Positions 9,570-21,842 are shown, numbered from the stretch's first letter. The stretch: 64,000 bases of DNA from an uncultured delta proteobacterium (GCA_963802945.1 CAWDKY010000034.1:32001-96000); one strand, 5' to 3'. Translations and numbers: made by a program. The notes: generated by a model from the sequence alone, not told the origin.

Positions 9570-9589
9570 ATGTTCATGATTCAAGGTTG
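9555..9589. repeat. Heptamer tandem array (AAGGTTC type) over the waaA stop
   Basis: aaggttc aaggtta gatgttc atgattc aaggttg. Confidence 0.55.
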
Positions 9590-9723
9590 ATGAAACCGTA
9601 AAAAGTCGTCACCCCGGTGAAAACCGGGGTCCAGGAAAATTGTAACTAATTGAGAATTCTGGATTCCGGCTTTCGCCGGAATGACTCTAAGGGGTATTTC
9701 CTAACTTTTTACGAATCTATCAA
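9587..9723. repeat. REP-like doublet (9608-9685) inside an outer inverted repeat (MITE-like)
   Basis: Outer TTGATGAAACCGTAAAAAGT / ACTTTTTACGAATCTATCAA; inner GTCACCCCGG..CCGGGGTCCAG...CTGGATTCCGGCTTTCGCCGGAATGAC. Confidence 0.8.
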
Positions 9724-9755
9724 AGTTAGACACCTAATCAAGATAAGAAAAAGAG

Positions 9756-10895
9756 ATGAAAGCGTTATTGGCATTAGAAGACGGGAGCGTGTTTCCGGCC
9801 CGGTCCTTTACCGGCCCTGGGGAGGCCGAAGGGGAATGTGTTTTCAATACGGCCATGACCGGATATCAGGAAGTATTGACCGACCCTTCATACAAAGGGC
9901 AGTTGGTGGCCATGACCTACCCCTTGATCGGAAACTATGGGGTCAACGACCAGGACGTGGAATCGGATAGGATCCAGGTTGAGGCCTTTCTGGTCAAAGA
10001 ATATCTACCCTTCCCGAGTAACTTTCGATCGCAATCCCCTTTAGGTGTGTATCTGAAAAAAAGCAAGGTCCTGGGCCTGGAAGGGATCGACACCCGGGCA
10101 CTAACCCGTCACCTCCGAAACTTCGGGGCCATGCGGGTAGCTGCCTCTACGGAACAATTAAAAGCAGAGGCCCTGATAGAAAAAGCCCGCTCCATCCCGA
10201 CCATGCTCGGACTTGGATTGGTGGATCAAGTCACAACCGATTGGCCTTTTCTCTGGTCGAAGGAGAAAAAGATTCCCGTTGGCAAGGCTCAAAAGAAAAA
10301 CCCCTGGAAGGTGAACGGGTCTTCCTATAAAGTGGCGGTTTTGGATTGCGGGGTCAAGTTCAATATCCTGCGCAGTCTGGAGCGACGGGGTTGTCAAGTT
10401 CTGGTAGTCCCTGCTCAGACTCCGGCCCAGGAAATCCTGGCCGTCAAGCCAGATGGGGTTTTGATCACCAACGGCCCCGGGGACCCGGCGGCCAATCCGG
10501 GGATCGTTCAAACTGTTCAAAATCTTTTGGACCTACTGCCTATCTTCGGGATCTGCCTGGGCCATCAGATCCTGGGGCTGGCCTTGGGCGGGACCACTTT
10601 TAAACTCAAGTTCGGACACCGGGGGGCCAATCAGCCGGTCAAGTATTTGAAGACCGGCCGGGTGGAAATCACTTCTCAAAATCACGGCTTCTCCGTTGAT
10701 ATTCATTCCATAAAAGATCCGGATGTGGAACTGACCCATATCAATTTAAACGATCAGACCCTGGAAGGATTGGAACACAAACGATTACCCATTTTTTCCG
10801 TTCAGTATCATCCCGAGGCCTCGCCCGGTCCCCATGACGCCTCATATTTATTCGATCATTTTCTTGCACTCATGGAGAAACATCGGAGAAAATAA
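9756..10895 (+). CDS. carA: Carbamoyl-phosphate synthase small subunit
   Basis: FNTAMTGYQE, NGPGDP, GICLGHQ, QYHPEASPGP. Confidence 0.98.
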   Translation: MKALLALEDGSVFPARSFTGPGEAEGECVFNTAMTGYQEVLTDPSYKGQLVAMTYPLIGNYGVNDQDVESDRIQVEAFLVKEYLPFPSNFRSQSPLGVYLKKSKVLGLEGIDTRALTRHLRNFGAMRVAASTEQLKAEALIEKARSIPTMLGLGLVDQVTTDWPFLWSKEKKIPVGKAQKKNPWKVNGSSYKVAVLDCGVKFNILRSLERRGCQVLVVPAQTPAQEILAVKPDGVLITNGPGDPAANPGIVQTVQNLLDLLPIFGICLGHQILGLALGGTTFKLKFGHRGANQPVKYLKTGRVEITSQNHGFSVDIHSIKDPDVELTHINLNDQTLEGLEHKRLPIFSVQYHPEASPGPHDASYLFDHFLALMEKHRRK

Positions 10896-10898
10896 TTC

Positions 10899-13800
10899 AT
10901 GCCCAAGAGAACCGACATTCAAAAAATCCTGATTATCGGCTCCGGCCCGATTATCATCAGCCAGGCCTGTGAATTTGATTATTCGGGCACCCAGGCCTGC
11001 AAGGCCTTGCGGGAAGAGGGATTTGAAATCGTCCTGGTCAACAGCAACCCGGCCACCATCATGACCGATCCGGAGATGGCCCATCGGACCTATATCGAAC
11101 CCGTCACCCCGGAGATTGTGGCCAAGATCATCGAGCGGGAACGACCGCAGGCCCTGCTCCCCACTTTGGGCGGGCAGACCGGTCTTAACACCGCTGTGGC
11201 TGTGGCCGAGAAGGGTGTTTTGGATGCCTTCAGCGTTGAAATGATCGGCGCCTCTCTACCGGTGATTAAAAAGGCCGAGGACCGGGATGAGTTTAGACAG
11301 GCCATGTGGAAGATCGGGTTGCGGGTTCCGGAAAGCGTCATCGTCACCAGCTTGGAAGAGGCCCGCACCCAGGCAGAAAAAATCGGCTATCCGATTATCA
11401 TCCGCCCCAGTTTTACCTTGGGAGGCACCGGCGGCGGAGTGGCTTATAACCGGGAGGAGTTCGAACTCCTGGTGACCTCCGGATTGGAAGCCAGCATGAT
11501 TCATCAGATCATGCTGGAGGAATCCGTCCTGGGCTGGAAAGAATACGAACTCGAGGTCATGCGGGATTTCAAAGACAATGTCGTCATTATCTGTTCCATT
11601 GAAAACTTTGATCCCATGGGGGTCCATACCGGCGATTCCATTACCGTAGCCCCGGCCCAGACCTTGACTGATAAAGAATATCAAATGATGCGGGATGCTT
11701 CTTTGGCTATCATCCGCGAGATCGGGGTGGAGACCGGCGGATCGAATATCCAATTTGCTGTGCACCCCGGAACGGGTGAGATGGTGGTCATTGAAATGAA
11801 TCCCCGGGTCTCCCGCTCCTCGGCCCTGGCCTCCAAGGCCACGGGATTCCCTATTGCCAAGATTGCCGCCAAGCTGGCCGTGGGTTATACCCTGGATGAG
11901 ATCCCCAATGACATCACCAAGGAGACCATGGCCTCTTTTGAGCCGACCATCGATTACTGTGTGGTCAAGATTCCCCGCTGGACCTTTGAAAAATTCCCCG
12001 GCTCGGAAGATTATCTGACTACTTCCATGAAATCCGTGGGCGAAGCCATGGCCATTGGCCGGACCTTTAAGGAAGCCCTGCAAAAAGGGATCCGTTCCCT
12101 GGAGATCGGAAGGTTCGGGTTCGGAGCCGACGGGAAAGATCTTTTTCAAATTCCTCTGGATGAAATCCAGAAAAAATTACGCCAGCCCAATTCCCAGCGG
12201 ATTTTTTATCTGAAGGCCGCTCTGGAAGCAGGCATGACCATCGAAGAGATCAATGCCCTGACCTGGATCGATCCCTGGTTTCTCCATAACTTGTCTCAGA
12301 TCCTGGGCATGGAGAAAACCTTGGCCGGTCAAACCTGGGAAACTCTGTCGCCGGAACTCCTTAAGCAGGCCAAGGAATACGGCTTCTCCGATGTCCAGAT
12401 CGGGCATCTGCTTCAAGTTTCTCCGTCGGAAATTTTTAAAAAAAGGCAGGCGCTCAAGATGCTTCCAGTCTATAAATTAGTCGATACCTGCGCCGCCGAA
12501 TTCGAGGCCTATACCCCTTATTATTATTCGACCTATGATTTGGAAGATGAATCCCGGGCTTCGGAAAAAGAACGAATCATGATCCTCGGCGGCGGGCCCA
12601 ACCGGATCGGTCAGGGGATTGAATTCGACTATTGCTGTGTCCATGCCTCTCTGACGGCCAAGGAAGAGGGCTATGCCAGCATCATGGTCAACAGCAATCC
12701 GGAGACGGTCAGTACGGACTATGATATTTCCGACAAACTATATTTTGAACCCCTGACCCATGAAGATGTCGTTCATATTATCGACCGGGAAAAACCAAAA
12801 GGGGTCATTGTCCAGTTTGGGGGGCAAACCCCACTAAATCTCGCTGTGGGACTTCAGGCGGTCCAGGCCCCGATTATCGGCACTTCCCCCGATAGTATCG
12901 ACCGGGCCGAAGATCGGGAACGATTTAAAGAATTATTGAAAAAGTTGGGATTGATCCAGCCGGAAAACGGGACGGCCTTTACCTTCCAAGAGGCCTTGGC
13001 GGTAGCCGAATCGATCGGATTCCCCGTTGTGGTCCGTCCTTCTTATGTCCTGGGCGGCCGGGCCATGGAGATCGTTTATGAGCCGGCGGCCCTGGAAACC
13101 TTTATGGCCAAAGCGGTTCTGGTCTCACCGGGGCATCCCATCCTGATTGACAAATTCCTCGAAGAGGCCGTTGAAATTGATGTGGATGCGGTTTCCGACG
13201 GGCGGAAGACTTTGATTTGCGGAATTATGGAGCACATTGAAGAAGCGGGGATCCATTCTGGGGACAGCGCCTGCGTCCTTCCCTCTTATACCCTAAAGGC
13301 GGATCAGATTGACCGAATCAAGTCCAATACCTATGCCTTGGCCCTGGAATTGGGTGTTCAGGGTCTCATGAATATTCAGTATGCGATCAAAGACGATATC
13401 CTTTATGTCCTGGAGGTCAATCCCCGGGCCTCCCGAACGATCCCTTTTGTCAGCAAAGCCACGGGAATTCCTTGGGCCAAGGTGGCCACCCGGGTCATGC
13501 TGGGCCAAGATCTGGAATCTCAGGGGTTGCAGGGAGAAATCGTTCCCAGACATATTTCAATCAAAGAGGCAGTCTTCCCTTTTTTACGTTTTCCCGGAGT
13601 GGATACCCTCTTAGGCCCGGAGATGAAATCCACCGGAGAGGTCATGGGCATCGATCAAAGCTTCGGCCTGGCCTTCGCCAAATCGCAGTTGGCCGCCGGC
13701 ATGGATCTGCCCCTGTCAGGCACGGTCTTCATCAGCGTCAAGGATCAGGATAAAAAAATAATATTATCTACGGGTCAGAAATTGTCTCATTTGGGCTTCA

Positions 13801-14123
13801 AGATCATAGCCACTTCAGGGACCTCACGTTTTTTGGAACAGGCCGGGCTTCCCAATCAACAGGTCAATAAAGTCCGGGAAGGAAGACCTCATGTGGTGGA
13901 CCTTATGAAAAACGGGGAAATCCAATTAGTCATTAACACGACCATTGGTTCCAAAAGTGTTTCAGAATCCTGTTCCATCCGGCAGACCGCCCTGATCCAT
14001 CGGATCCCTTATACTACCACGGTCGCCGGGGCCAGGGCCACGGCCGAGGCTATTGAGGCCCTGGAGCAGAAAAAACTTTCCGTAAGGACCATACAGGAGT
14101 ATCATAGGAATCTGAAAAAGTAG
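10899..14123 (+). CDS. carB: Carbamoyl-phosphate synthase large subunit
   Basis: [38 protein letters not shown] domain. Confidence 0.99.
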   Translation: MPKRTDIQKILIIGSGPIIISQACEFDYSGTQACKALREEGFEIVLVNSNPATIMTDPEMAHRTYIEPVTPEIVAKIIERERPQALLPTLGGQTGLNTAVAVAEKGVLDAFSVEMIGASLPVIKKAEDRDEFRQAMWKIGLRVPESVIVTSLEEARTQAEKIGYPIIIRPSFTLGGTGGGVAYNREEFELLVTSGLEASMIHQIMLEESVLGWKEYELEVMRDFKDNVVIICSIENFDPMGVHTGDSITVAPAQTLTDKEYQMMRDASLAIIREIGVETGGSNIQFAVHPGTGEMVVIEMNPRVSRSSALASKATGFPIAKIAAKLAVGYTLDEIPNDITKETMASFEPTIDYCVVKIPRWTFEKFPGSEDYLTTSMKSVGEAMAIGRTFKEALQKGIRSLEIGRFGFGADGKDLFQIPLDEIQKKLRQPNSQRIFYLKAALEAGMTIEEINALTWIDPWFLHNLSQILGMEKTLAGQTWETLSPELLKQAKEYGFSDVQIGHLLQVSPSEIFKKRQALKMLPVYKLVDTCAAEFEAYTPYYYSTYDLEDESRASEKERIMILGGGPNRIGQGIEFDYCCVHASLTAKEEGYASIMVNSNPETVSTDYDISDKLYFEPLTHEDVVHIIDREKPKGVIVQFGGQTPLNLAVGLQAVQAPIIGTSPDSIDRAEDRERFKELLKKLGLIQPENGTAFTFQEALAVAESIGFPVVVRPSYVLGGRAMEIVYEPAALETFMAKAVLVSPGHPILIDKFLEEAVEIDVDAVSDGRKTLICGIMEHIEEAGIHSGDSACVLPSYTLKADQIDRIKSNTYALALELGVQGLMNIQYAIKDDILYVLEVNPRASRTIPFVSKATGIPWAKVATRVMLGQDLESQGLQGEIVPRHISIKEAVFPFLRFPGVDTLLGPEMKSTGEVMGIDQSFGLAFAKSQLAAGMDLPLSGTVFISVKDQDKKIILSTGQKLSHLGFKIIATSGTSRFLEQAGLPNQQVNKVREGRPHVVDLMKNGEIQLVINTTIGSKSVSESCSIRQTALIHRIPYTTTVAGARATAEAIEALEQKKLSVRTIQEYHRNLKK

Positions 14124-14152
14124 CTGATAGCTTAAAGCTCAAAGCTGAAAGG
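14122..14152. repeat. Heptamer tandem array (AGCTNAA type) after carB
   Basis: agctgat agcttaa agctcaa agctgaa. Confidence 0.6.
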
Positions 14153-14194
14153 TTTTTCTTTAGAAGAAAAAATAAAATTAGGTAATATAGTATT

Positions 14195-15602
14195 ATGAAT
14201 AATTTCTACGAAGACCGGGCATTAAAAGAAGAATGTGGTATCTTCGGGATTTTCGGACACCCGGAGGCCTCTAAACTGACCTATTTCGGTTTGTATGCCT
14301 TGCAGCACCGGGGGGAAGAAAGCGCCGGGATTGTCATTTCCGACGGCACCCAGGTCCGGGAACAAAAAGGAATGGGCCTGGTAGGTGATGTTTTTAAAGA
14401 ACAAAACTTGTCCTCCCTTTCGGGAAACTCGGCCATCGGGCACGTCCGCTATTCCACTACAGGTTCCTCGATTTTGAAAAATGCCCAACCCTTTCTGGTC
14501 TCTCACGGCGCAATGGCCCTGGCCATTGCCCACAACGGAAATCTGACCAATGCCCATGAACTGCGCCAGGGTTTGGAGAAGAAAGGGGCTATCTTCCAGT
14601 CCACTATGGACAGTGAGATATTTCTTCATCTGATCGCCCATGGCCTGGAACAGGGTTTTGAGCTGGCTTTGATTCAGGCCTTGTCTCAGGTTCAGGGGGC
14701 TTATTCCATGCTCTTTTTAACCCGGGATCAATTGATCGGCGCCCGGGATCCTCAAGGATTTCGTCCTCTCTGCCTGGGGAAATTAAACGGGGCTTATGTG
14801 CTGGCTTCCGAGAGCTGCGCCCTGGATTTAGTCGAGGCCCAATATGTGCGGGATATCGAACCCGGAGAAATTGTTTTTATCGACCAGAGCGGCCTTCGCT
14901 CCATCAAACCTTTTCCCAAGGTCCAGAGCGCCTTTTGCATCTTTGAGTTTATCTATTTTGCCCGGCCCGACAGTTATATCTTCGGGAAGAATGTTTATCA
15001 GGTTCGAAAGCAATTAGGACGAATTCTGGCCAAGGAATATCAAGCCCCAGGCCGATCTGGTCATGCCCTTTCCGGATTCCGGGAACTATGCCGCCCTGGG
15101 GTTTGCCGAGGCCTCCAAGATTCCATTTGAAATGGGAGTGATCCGCAATCATTATGTGGGTCGGACTTTTATTCAGCCCTCGCAAAGCATGAGGGATTTC
15201 GGAGTCCGGGTCAAACTCAATCCGGTCCGCTCGGTCCTGAAAGGGAAACGGGTGATCATTATCGAAGATTCGATTATCCGGGGGACAACCAGCCGTAACC
15301 GGGTTCAGGCCGTTCGTTCGGCCGGGGCCAGGGAAGTTCATATGCTGGTCAGTTGTCCTCCGCACCGACATCCTTGTTTTTACGGTATTGATTTTTCCAC
15401 CAAAGGGGAGTTGATCGCCTGCCAAAATTCGGTGGAGGAAATCAGGAAGTTTGTGGGACTGGATGGTTTGGGGTATCTCAGTATCGAGGGATTGGTGGAG
15501 GCGACCGGTCTGCCTGAATCCAATTTTTGCCTGGCTTGTTTTAACGGCAACTACCCGGTCCAGCCGGATACAACCTTCGATAAACTTTGTTTGGAAAGGT
15601 GA
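14195..15602 (+). CDS. purF: Amidophosphoribosyltransferase, split by a 1-nt frameshift near 15050 (probable sequencing error)
   Basis: [32 protein letters not shown] in the first frame; [31 protein letters not shown] in the second. Confidence 0.93.
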
Positions 15603-15614
15603 AGTTAAAAGACT

Positions 15615-16597
15615 ATGATTTTGGATGATGCCAAAGAAGTCTTGGAATTGGAGGCCCAGGGGATACTCAATCTCATTCCCAAATTGGGCCCCGAATTTGA
15701 AAAGGCCGTTGAGGCCATCTATCAACTCAAAGGACGGGTGATCCTGACCGGAATCGGCAAATCAGGGTATCGTAGCCCGGAAGATAGTAGGCCACCTTAA
15801 ACGGTACCGGCACTCCATCCCTGTTTTTACACCCGGCGGAAGCCATGCACGGAGACCTGGGTACGGTCACCTCCAAGGATATTGTCCTGGCCATTTCCAA
15901 CAGCGGAGAAACCGGGGAGCTGACCCTTCTTCTGCCCAGTATCAAACAAATCGGGGCCAGGGTGATTTCCTTTGTAGGAAACCCTGAATCCTCTTTGGCT
16001 AAACAAAGTGATCTGGCCATCGATGTCGGAGTGGAAAAGGAGGCCTGCCCCCTGGGATTGGCCCCGACGACCAGTACCACTGCGGCCCTGGCCATGGGAG
16101 ACGCCCTGGCCGTGGCCCTGATTAAGCGGCGTCAATTTAATCATCAGGACTTTAAGCGGTTCCATCCCGGTGGAAACCTTGGAGAGCGACTGTCCGTCAA
16201 GGTCTCTGAGGTCATGCTCACCGGGGAGCAGGTGCCGATAGTGTCACCCAAACAAACCTTGTTTGAAGCCATTCAGGAAATGGATGTCAAAGACCTGGGG
16301 GCCACCCTGGTGGTGGAAGAGCATGACCGGAAATTAGTGGGTATTTTGACCGATGGAGATTTGAGAAGACTTTTTAAACGCAAGTCGTCCCTTGAACAGA
16401 CCCTGACCGAACAGGTCATGACCCTTGATCCGAAGTCCATTTCGCCCAAAGTCCGGGCCTCCGAGGCTTTGGAGATGATGGAACAGTATCTGATCACCGT
16501 CCTGCCGATTGTTGACTCGCATAAGCGGGTGTTGGGTATTTTACATCTTCATGACTTACTCGGCAAAGGGGAGTTTAAATTTAATATGCGGGAGTGA
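15615..16597 (+). CDS. kdsD: Arabinose-5-phosphate isomerase (KpsF/GutQ; SIS+CBS) with two extra bases at about 15768-15792
   Basis: GIGKSG continues out of frame as IVARKIV then ATLNGTGTPSLFLHPAEAMHGDLG; EACPLGLAPT, FHPGG, TDGDLRR. Confidence 0.9.
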
Positions 16598-17956
16598 ATG
16601 TTGGAATATTTAGATCAGCTGACCGATGAAGATATTATCGTTGAGAACCTGGGGCAGCCGAAGATCCACACGCCGGTTCAATGTTTTGCTCCTCAAAAAC
16701 AAGAGGCCGGAAGACCCCAGTGTAAAAATTTCATCTCCGATGATGATCGGGTGGTGACCGATAGTTCCAAAAATTGTTTTCTGGATTGTCTAAAAAAAGG
16801 GACGCCCCCTCTTTCTTTTGAAAAGGCCGGGCCGCGGGAGAAGATTTTTTTCGATCCCCAAAAGACCAAATGCGCCATCGTCACGGCCGGAGGCATTTGT
16901 CCGGGGCTGAATAATGTCATCCGTTCCATAGTCCTTGAATTGAACTATATTTACAGGGTTCATAATATTATCGGTATCCCCTATGGGTATCAGGGTTTTA
17001 TCCCTCAATACGGCCATCCGGTCATTGAACTGACTTCGGAGGTGGTTTCCAATATTCATGAATTGGGAGGGACGATCCTGGCTTCCTCCCGAGGCCAATA
17101 TAAGATCGAAGAAATCGTGGATAGCCTGCAGCAATTGAATATCAATATCCTCTTTTCCATCGGAGGTGACGGCACCTTGCGGGGTGCGCAACTGATTTCC
17201 CAGGAAATCAAAAAACGGGGGATGATCACCTCGGTCATCGGCATCCCCAAGACCATCGACAATGACATTTCTTGGGTGGAAAAATCCTTTGGCTTTGACA
17301 CGGCTGTGGAAGATGCCGCCAGGGTGATTCGAAGCGCTCATGTGGAATCCGTTGGGGCCCCCAATGGGATCGGTATGGTCAAGCTGATGGGACGTTATTC
17401 CGGTTTTATTGCCGCCTATGCCGCCCTGGATTCAAGAGAAGTTAATTTTGTACTTATTCCGGAATCGGATTTTGATTTGGAAGGACCTGGAGGGTTGTTG
17501 GCCTCTTTGGAAAAACGATTGAAAGAGAGAAAACATGCCGTCATTGTGGTCGCCGAGGGGGCGGGGCAAAGATATCTGACCGATCTTCCCCAAACGAAAG
17601 ATGCCTCAGGAAACATCAAATTAAAAGATATTGGAACCTATTTGGCGGAACGTATCAACCGGCACTTTGCCAGGATCCCTATGGAGATCAACCTTAAATA
17701 TATCGATCCCAGTTATATCATCCGCAGCCAGCCGGCTAACTCCAATGATCGGATATTCTGCGGCTTCCTGGGTCAGCATGCCGTGCACGCCGGAATGGCC
17801 GGAAAAACCAATATGATGATCAGCCTCTGGAATAACGAGTATGTCCATGTCCCCATCCGGGCTGCGGTGGGCAAGCGAAAGCAGGTGGAACTGGAAGGGA
17901 ATATGTGGATGAGTGTCTTGGAATCCACCGGCCAGGCGTCACTGAAGAACAACTAA
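16598..17956 (+). CDS. pfkA: 6-phosphofructokinase, likely ATP-dependent
   Basis: TAGGICPGLN, GGDGT, PKTIDND, KLMGRYSGFIA, YIDPSYIIRS. Confidence 0.92.
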   Translation: MLEYLDQLTDEDIIVENLGQPKIHTPVQCFAPQKQEAGRPQCKNFISDDDRVVTDSSKNCFLDCLKKGTPPLSFEKAGPREKIFFDPQKTKCAIVTAGGICPGLNNVIRSIVLELNYIYRVHNIIGIPYGYQGFIPQYGHPVIELTSEVVSNIHELGGTILASSRGQYKIEEIVDSLQQLNINILFSIGGDGTLRGAQLISQEIKKRGMITSVIGIPKTIDNDISWVEKSFGFDTAVEDAARVIRSAHVESVGAPNGIGMVKLMGRYSGFIAAYAALDSREVNFVLIPESDFDLEGPGGLLASLEKRLKERKHAVIVVAEGAGQRYLTDLPQTKDASGNIKLKDIGTYLAERINRHFARIPMEINLKYIDPSYIIRSQPANSNDRIFCGFLGQHAVHAGMAGKTNMMISLWNNEYVHVPIRAAVGKRKQVELEGNMWMSVLESTGQASLKNN

Positions 17957-18107
17957 AGGTTTAAGGTACAAGGTTCAAGGTTCGAGGGAATCTTAGATTT
18001 TTTCAGCCCCTTCCAAGTTGCCATAGCTACAATCAATGATGCCCTTTTCCGGTCTATAAAAGCCAGAGGCCTTAGACCATGAACCTTTCACCTTAAACCG
18101 TGAACCT
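17956..18107. repeat. Inverted pair of heptamer arrays (AAGGTTC / GAACCTT) with a ~80-nt spacer
   Basis: aaggttt aaggtac aaggttc aaggttc ... ccttaga ccatgaa cctttca ccttaaa ccgtgaa cct. Confidence 0.75.
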
Positions 18108-18125
18108 TTTTTACCGGAGTTTATT

Positions 18126-18620
18126 ATGCCTGAAAGGGAAAGAGATTATCGAAACAGGGAAATATCCTGGCGGGAGATCGATCAACGCAGAGACCAGAGC
18201 AGCCATGTGTCCCGTGAGCCGAGACTTGTCGGGAAGAAAAAGGATCAGGCCGAATGGATTCGCAAAATGGCCCTTAAGGAGGCCAATAAGCATTTCCAGG
18301 GCAAGCAAGGGACCCCGGCCCATGAAAAAGCCGTCGGCATCCTACAAGAAAATTTTGGGACCCGGAAGTTTCAGACCTTGGCCAAACAATATCTGAATGA
18401 ATACGACCTGCCGAAACATTGGGGGACCCAGTTTCTTTTTCTGGATTATGACGACCCTGAAATGGTTATCGATTTGATCAACCGGATGGCCAGTGTTTAT
18501 TCGGAGCGGTCCTTACGGGAGCAGCAGGCCTTTATTAGCAAGCTCCGTACCCTTAAGACCATGGCCGAGGATGGAGAAGTGCGGGATCTGGCGGCCGAGG
18601 TCTTGGCTTCCCTGTCCTGA
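18126..18620 (+). CDS. Hypothetical protein (charged, helical)
   Basis: 164-aa ORF with a GGAG SD, co-oriented with the upstream operon; no motif recognised. Confidence 0.7.
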   Translation: MPERERDYRNREISWREIDQRRDQSSHVSREPRLVGKKKDQAEWIRKMALKEANKHFQGKQGTPAHEKAVGILQENFGTRKFQTLAKQYLNEYDLPKHWGTQFLFLDYDDPEMVIDLINRMASVYSERSLREQQAFISKLRTLKTMAEDGEVRDLAAEVLASLS

Positions 18621-18639
18621 TCCTTAGCCGGTACCTCTT

Positions 18640-19293
18640 TCAATCCCTCTTTCCGAGCATTCTGAACTTACTGCCGATGTATGCTTTGAACTCTTCTTCA
18701 TTCATTTTTGAGTGACTTCCAGCAGATGATGAGTTGATTTTATGATAAGCAGAACCTTTGGAAAATATGACAAAAGAACCTGAAAAGTATCGGATGGCGA
18801 TTCTTGCTCTGCTGGACAAAGGTATTTCCCTGCCGGTTTCATCATATTCATAAGAGCCTAAATCCCAATATTTTCGGTCAGCATAATCTCCGGGAGAGAT
18901 TTCAGTTAGCTCCTCCTTGATCCCCGTCAAATTCGGATACCAACCGCTGGGGTCAAGGTTTTTCGTTTCCAGTCGAAAATAAGCCCATTCACACGACTTG
19001 TTGAAAGATTGAAAGACTAAAATCCGAGGTTTTACAATACAAACCGGATGGTCAACAAAATGAAGATCGAGGCAATCCGGTTCAGAGGACTCTTCCCCCC
19101 TCTTTAAATTAAGGCAGCCTCCATCGGGCAGATAGGTCTGATTCATGTCCGGATTTCGGCCTACGAAATAAAGGATTTTTATGATATCTTTCTTTTCCGT
19201 CCAGGAGCGGCTTTCCGGAATTGGACCGTTGAATATCGTTTTTAAAAGCTCTTCCCATTCTTTAAAAGTATTTTCTCTAAATTCATCACCCAT
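18640..19293 (-). CDS. Hypothetical protein
   Basis: 217-aa ORF with protein-like composition; no family recognised with confidence. Confidence 0.7.
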   Translation of the reverse strand: MGDEFRENTFKEWEELLKTIFNGPIPESRSWTEKKDIIKILYFVGRNPDMNQTYLPDGGCLNLKRGEESSEPDCLDLHFVDHPVCIVKPRILVFQSFNKSCEWAYFRLETKNLDPSGWYPNLTGIKEELTEISPGDYADRKYWDLGSYEYDETGREIPLSSRARIAIRYFSGSFVIFSKGSAYHKINSSSAGSHSKMNEEEFKAYIGSKFRMLGKRD

Positions 19294-19516
19294 ATGTTTT
19301 CATCCTTATCTTCGGGCATTCCTTTCACTATTGGTAACTCTTTAGGATTGAAGGCAAATTATATTTTCTGAAAAAAAATGTCAAATACAGATATTGAGTT
19401 TGTTGAAGTCGACAAAGACATATACGAAATTAAATAAATTTAAATAGTGCAGATTCATTTCCCCTTTTCCCCAATTTATGTTATTGAAAACCAAATCATA
19501 TTGAAAGGAACGGGCC

Positions 19517-20167
19517 ATGTTTATCGGTCATTTTGCCTTGGGTTTTGCAGCCAAGAAAGTTGCCCCCAAAGCGTCATTGGGAACTCTTTTTCTGGCCACG
19601 CAGTTTAGTGATCTGCTCTGGCCTCTGTTGCTTTTGCTGGGTTGGGAAAGGGTAGCGATCGAGCCCGGCAATACCGTGGTTACCCCGCTGAATTTTACCT
19701 ATTATCCTATCTCACACGGATTTCTGTCGGTGCTCTTCTGGGGGGTGGTGATTGGCGGGGTCTATTTTGTCATAAAAAAAGATAGAAAAACAGCTTGGTG
19801 GCTTGGACTGTTGGTGTTCGGTCACTGGATCCTGGATTTAATTTCCCATCGCCCGGATCTGCCCTTATTGCCCGGCGTGGATATCAAAGTGGGATTTAGT
19901 TTGTGGAATTCCCTGATTGGAACCATCCTGGTGGAAGGGGGTTTATTTGTCTTTGGGGTTTATTATTATATTAAGTCAACCAAAGCCAAAAATAAAATTG
20001 GCCTATGGGCCTTGTGGGGATTAGTGGCCTTTTTAGTGATTACCTACATCGGCAATCTTTTCGGCCCCCCACCACCGTCAGTAAAACCGATTGCCTATCT
20101 CGGGTTATTTCAATGGCTACTGGTCATCTGGGCCTACTGGATCGATCACAACCGCAAGGTTAATTAA
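19517..20167 (+). CDS. Membrane protein, putative metal-dependent hydrolase
   Basis: MFIGH, SHG and HWILDLISHRPD His/Asp motifs among several TM helices. Confidence 0.7.
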   Translation: MFIGHFALGFAAKKVAPKASLGTLFLATQFSDLLWPLLLLLGWERVAIEPGNTVVTPLNFTYYPISHGFLSVLFWGVVIGGVYFVIKKDRKTAWWLGLLVFGHWILDLISHRPDLPLLPGVDIKVGFSLWNSLIGTILVEGGLFVFGVYYYIKSTKAKNKIGLWALWGLVAFLVITYIGNLFGPPPPSVKPIAYLGLFQWLLVIWAYWIDHNRKVN

Positions 20168-20212
20168 TTTAGGTCTTCTCCAAAAAAAAGACCGAACAGG
20201 AGGGGTTAAACC

Positions 20213-21486
20213 ATGACGGAAAAGAAGCATGCCCTAAAGGGATTAAGGGTACTCGATTTTACCTGGGTCTATGCTGGGCCGTTTGCAGCCAGGCAACTGG
20301 TTGACCTTGGGGCGGAAGTTATCAAAGTGGAGCCGACCGAAACAGGGGCCTTGGAACGGCATTATTCTCTTGTCCTGGAGCGTAACGGTGTCGCCCAGAG
20401 CAGTTACGCAGTTTTTTTGAACCGCGGGAAAAAGAGTTTGTCCATTAATTTAAAAACTGAAAAAGGATTGAGTATCATCAGGGCCCTCGCCGAGAAATCG
20501 GATATTGTCCTTTCCAATATGGCCCCCGGCACAATGAAAAGTCTTCAGCTCGGTTATGAAGATATCAAGAAAATCAATTCTCGAATCATTTACTGCGACA
20601 TCTCCTGTTTCGGGCATTATGGCTCTTTTGCCAATGAACCCGGTTTCGATATTATTGCCCAGGCGGCGAGCGGCTATTGCGGTCAGTCGGACCCTCCGAT
20701 GCCGGCACCTTTGGCCATCGGGGATTCCAATGCCGGCATGCATGCCACGGCAGCCATACTGGCAGCACTTTACTATCGGGAAAAAACAGGCATCGGACAA
20801 TATATCGACATCTCGATGACCGACTGTCTCTTTCACTCTCACGAAAATAATCCGCCGGGCTACCTCTTCAGTAATCGCAAGGTGTTGCCGGCTAAGAACA
20901 GCCGGTGGGCTTCCGCTTATTCTCCCCTTATGCCTTGATCAAAGGAAAAGATGGTTTCGTGGCCGTTGCCGCTCTCAGTGACGCCCTTTGGGAAAAGCTC
21001 GTCCAGGCCATGGGGCAGGATTATGCCTGGCTGATGACCCATCCAAGAACCAACGCCCTTGGGAAGCGCATTTCTTATGAGAATGCCCCCTTTGTCCATG
21101 CTCTACTGGAGGAATGGCTGCAAAAATTTGACACTGTAGAACAAGCCGAAGCGCTTCTTAGGAAAGCCGGTGTGCCGGCCATGAAGGTCCGCGGTTTTGA
21201 AGAAATCTGCGATGCCCCTTACCTTAAAGACAGAGAAATGCTGGTCAAGATCAAACAGCCCTTTGCCGGGGAAATTGAAATCTACAACAGTCCTTTCAGG
21301 ATGACGGAAACTCCGGGCAAAGTGATGGGATATGCCCCTTTGCTCGGTGAAAACAACCGTGAGATTCTTTCCAAGGATTTGGGGTATGGCGATGAAGCCA
21401 TTGACCAGCTTTTTGCCGAAGGCGTCCTCTATAAAGAAGAGGCCGTGGACAGGCTTCCTGAAGAATTGAAAAGGTTAAAGGAATAA
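20213..21486 (+). CDS. Family III CoA transferase (CaiB/BaiF), frameshifted near 20925
   Basis: LRVLDFTWVYAGP, DLGAEVIKVE, NRGKKS, GFDIIAQA; the second frame ends APLLGENNREIL. Confidence 0.88.
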
Positions 21487-21684
21487 AGCCAAACTCTGAT
21501 TGAAATTATTCAAATCAGATTGCTTATCTCACAGGGTGTCAATTCCGGAATTTTGAGCCGTTATCCGTCATCAACGATATTTGATATAGAAAACAGCCGC
21601 AATATCTCACATGAGTGATCTATTACAACTATTCAAAAGCGATTGTTCCGAAAATTAACGATTACGGATGGAAATATGGCAAAA

Positions 21685-21805
21685 TTGGTTGGACTACCCG
21701 GCCTTGAATTTGAGGTGACATTGATCCCTTTTAGTTATAACCCTTTCCTTCTTTGAGGCTAACTCAGAACTTATCCAATTGTCCAGTTTTTGGGGACCAC
21801 CTCAA
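21685..21805 (-). mobile_element. Remnant of an IS3-family element (left end plus decayed orfA start)
   Basis: Minus strand reads TGAGGTGGTCCCCAAAAACTGGACA (IS3-type TG..GGACA end), then an SD-like AAGGAAAGG and a broken ..KFKA(R)VV.. orfA-like start. Confidence 0.5.
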
Positions 21806-21842
21806 AAGGATTGGACTGTTACTGTCTTAAAACTGACAACCT

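Noticed and set aside
9650-9970. ORF starting MRILDSGFRRND
   Set aside because: Translation of the REP-like repeat, overlapping carA out of frame.
11256-12149. Long antisense ORFs (also 14949-15725, 25563-26558, 60774-61517)
   Set aside because: Shadows of well-supported genes on the other strand, with no motifs of their own.
15040-15800. Programmed frameshifting in purF/kdsD
   Set aside because: No slippery heptamer or stimulatory structure seen; scattered indels fit sequencing error better.
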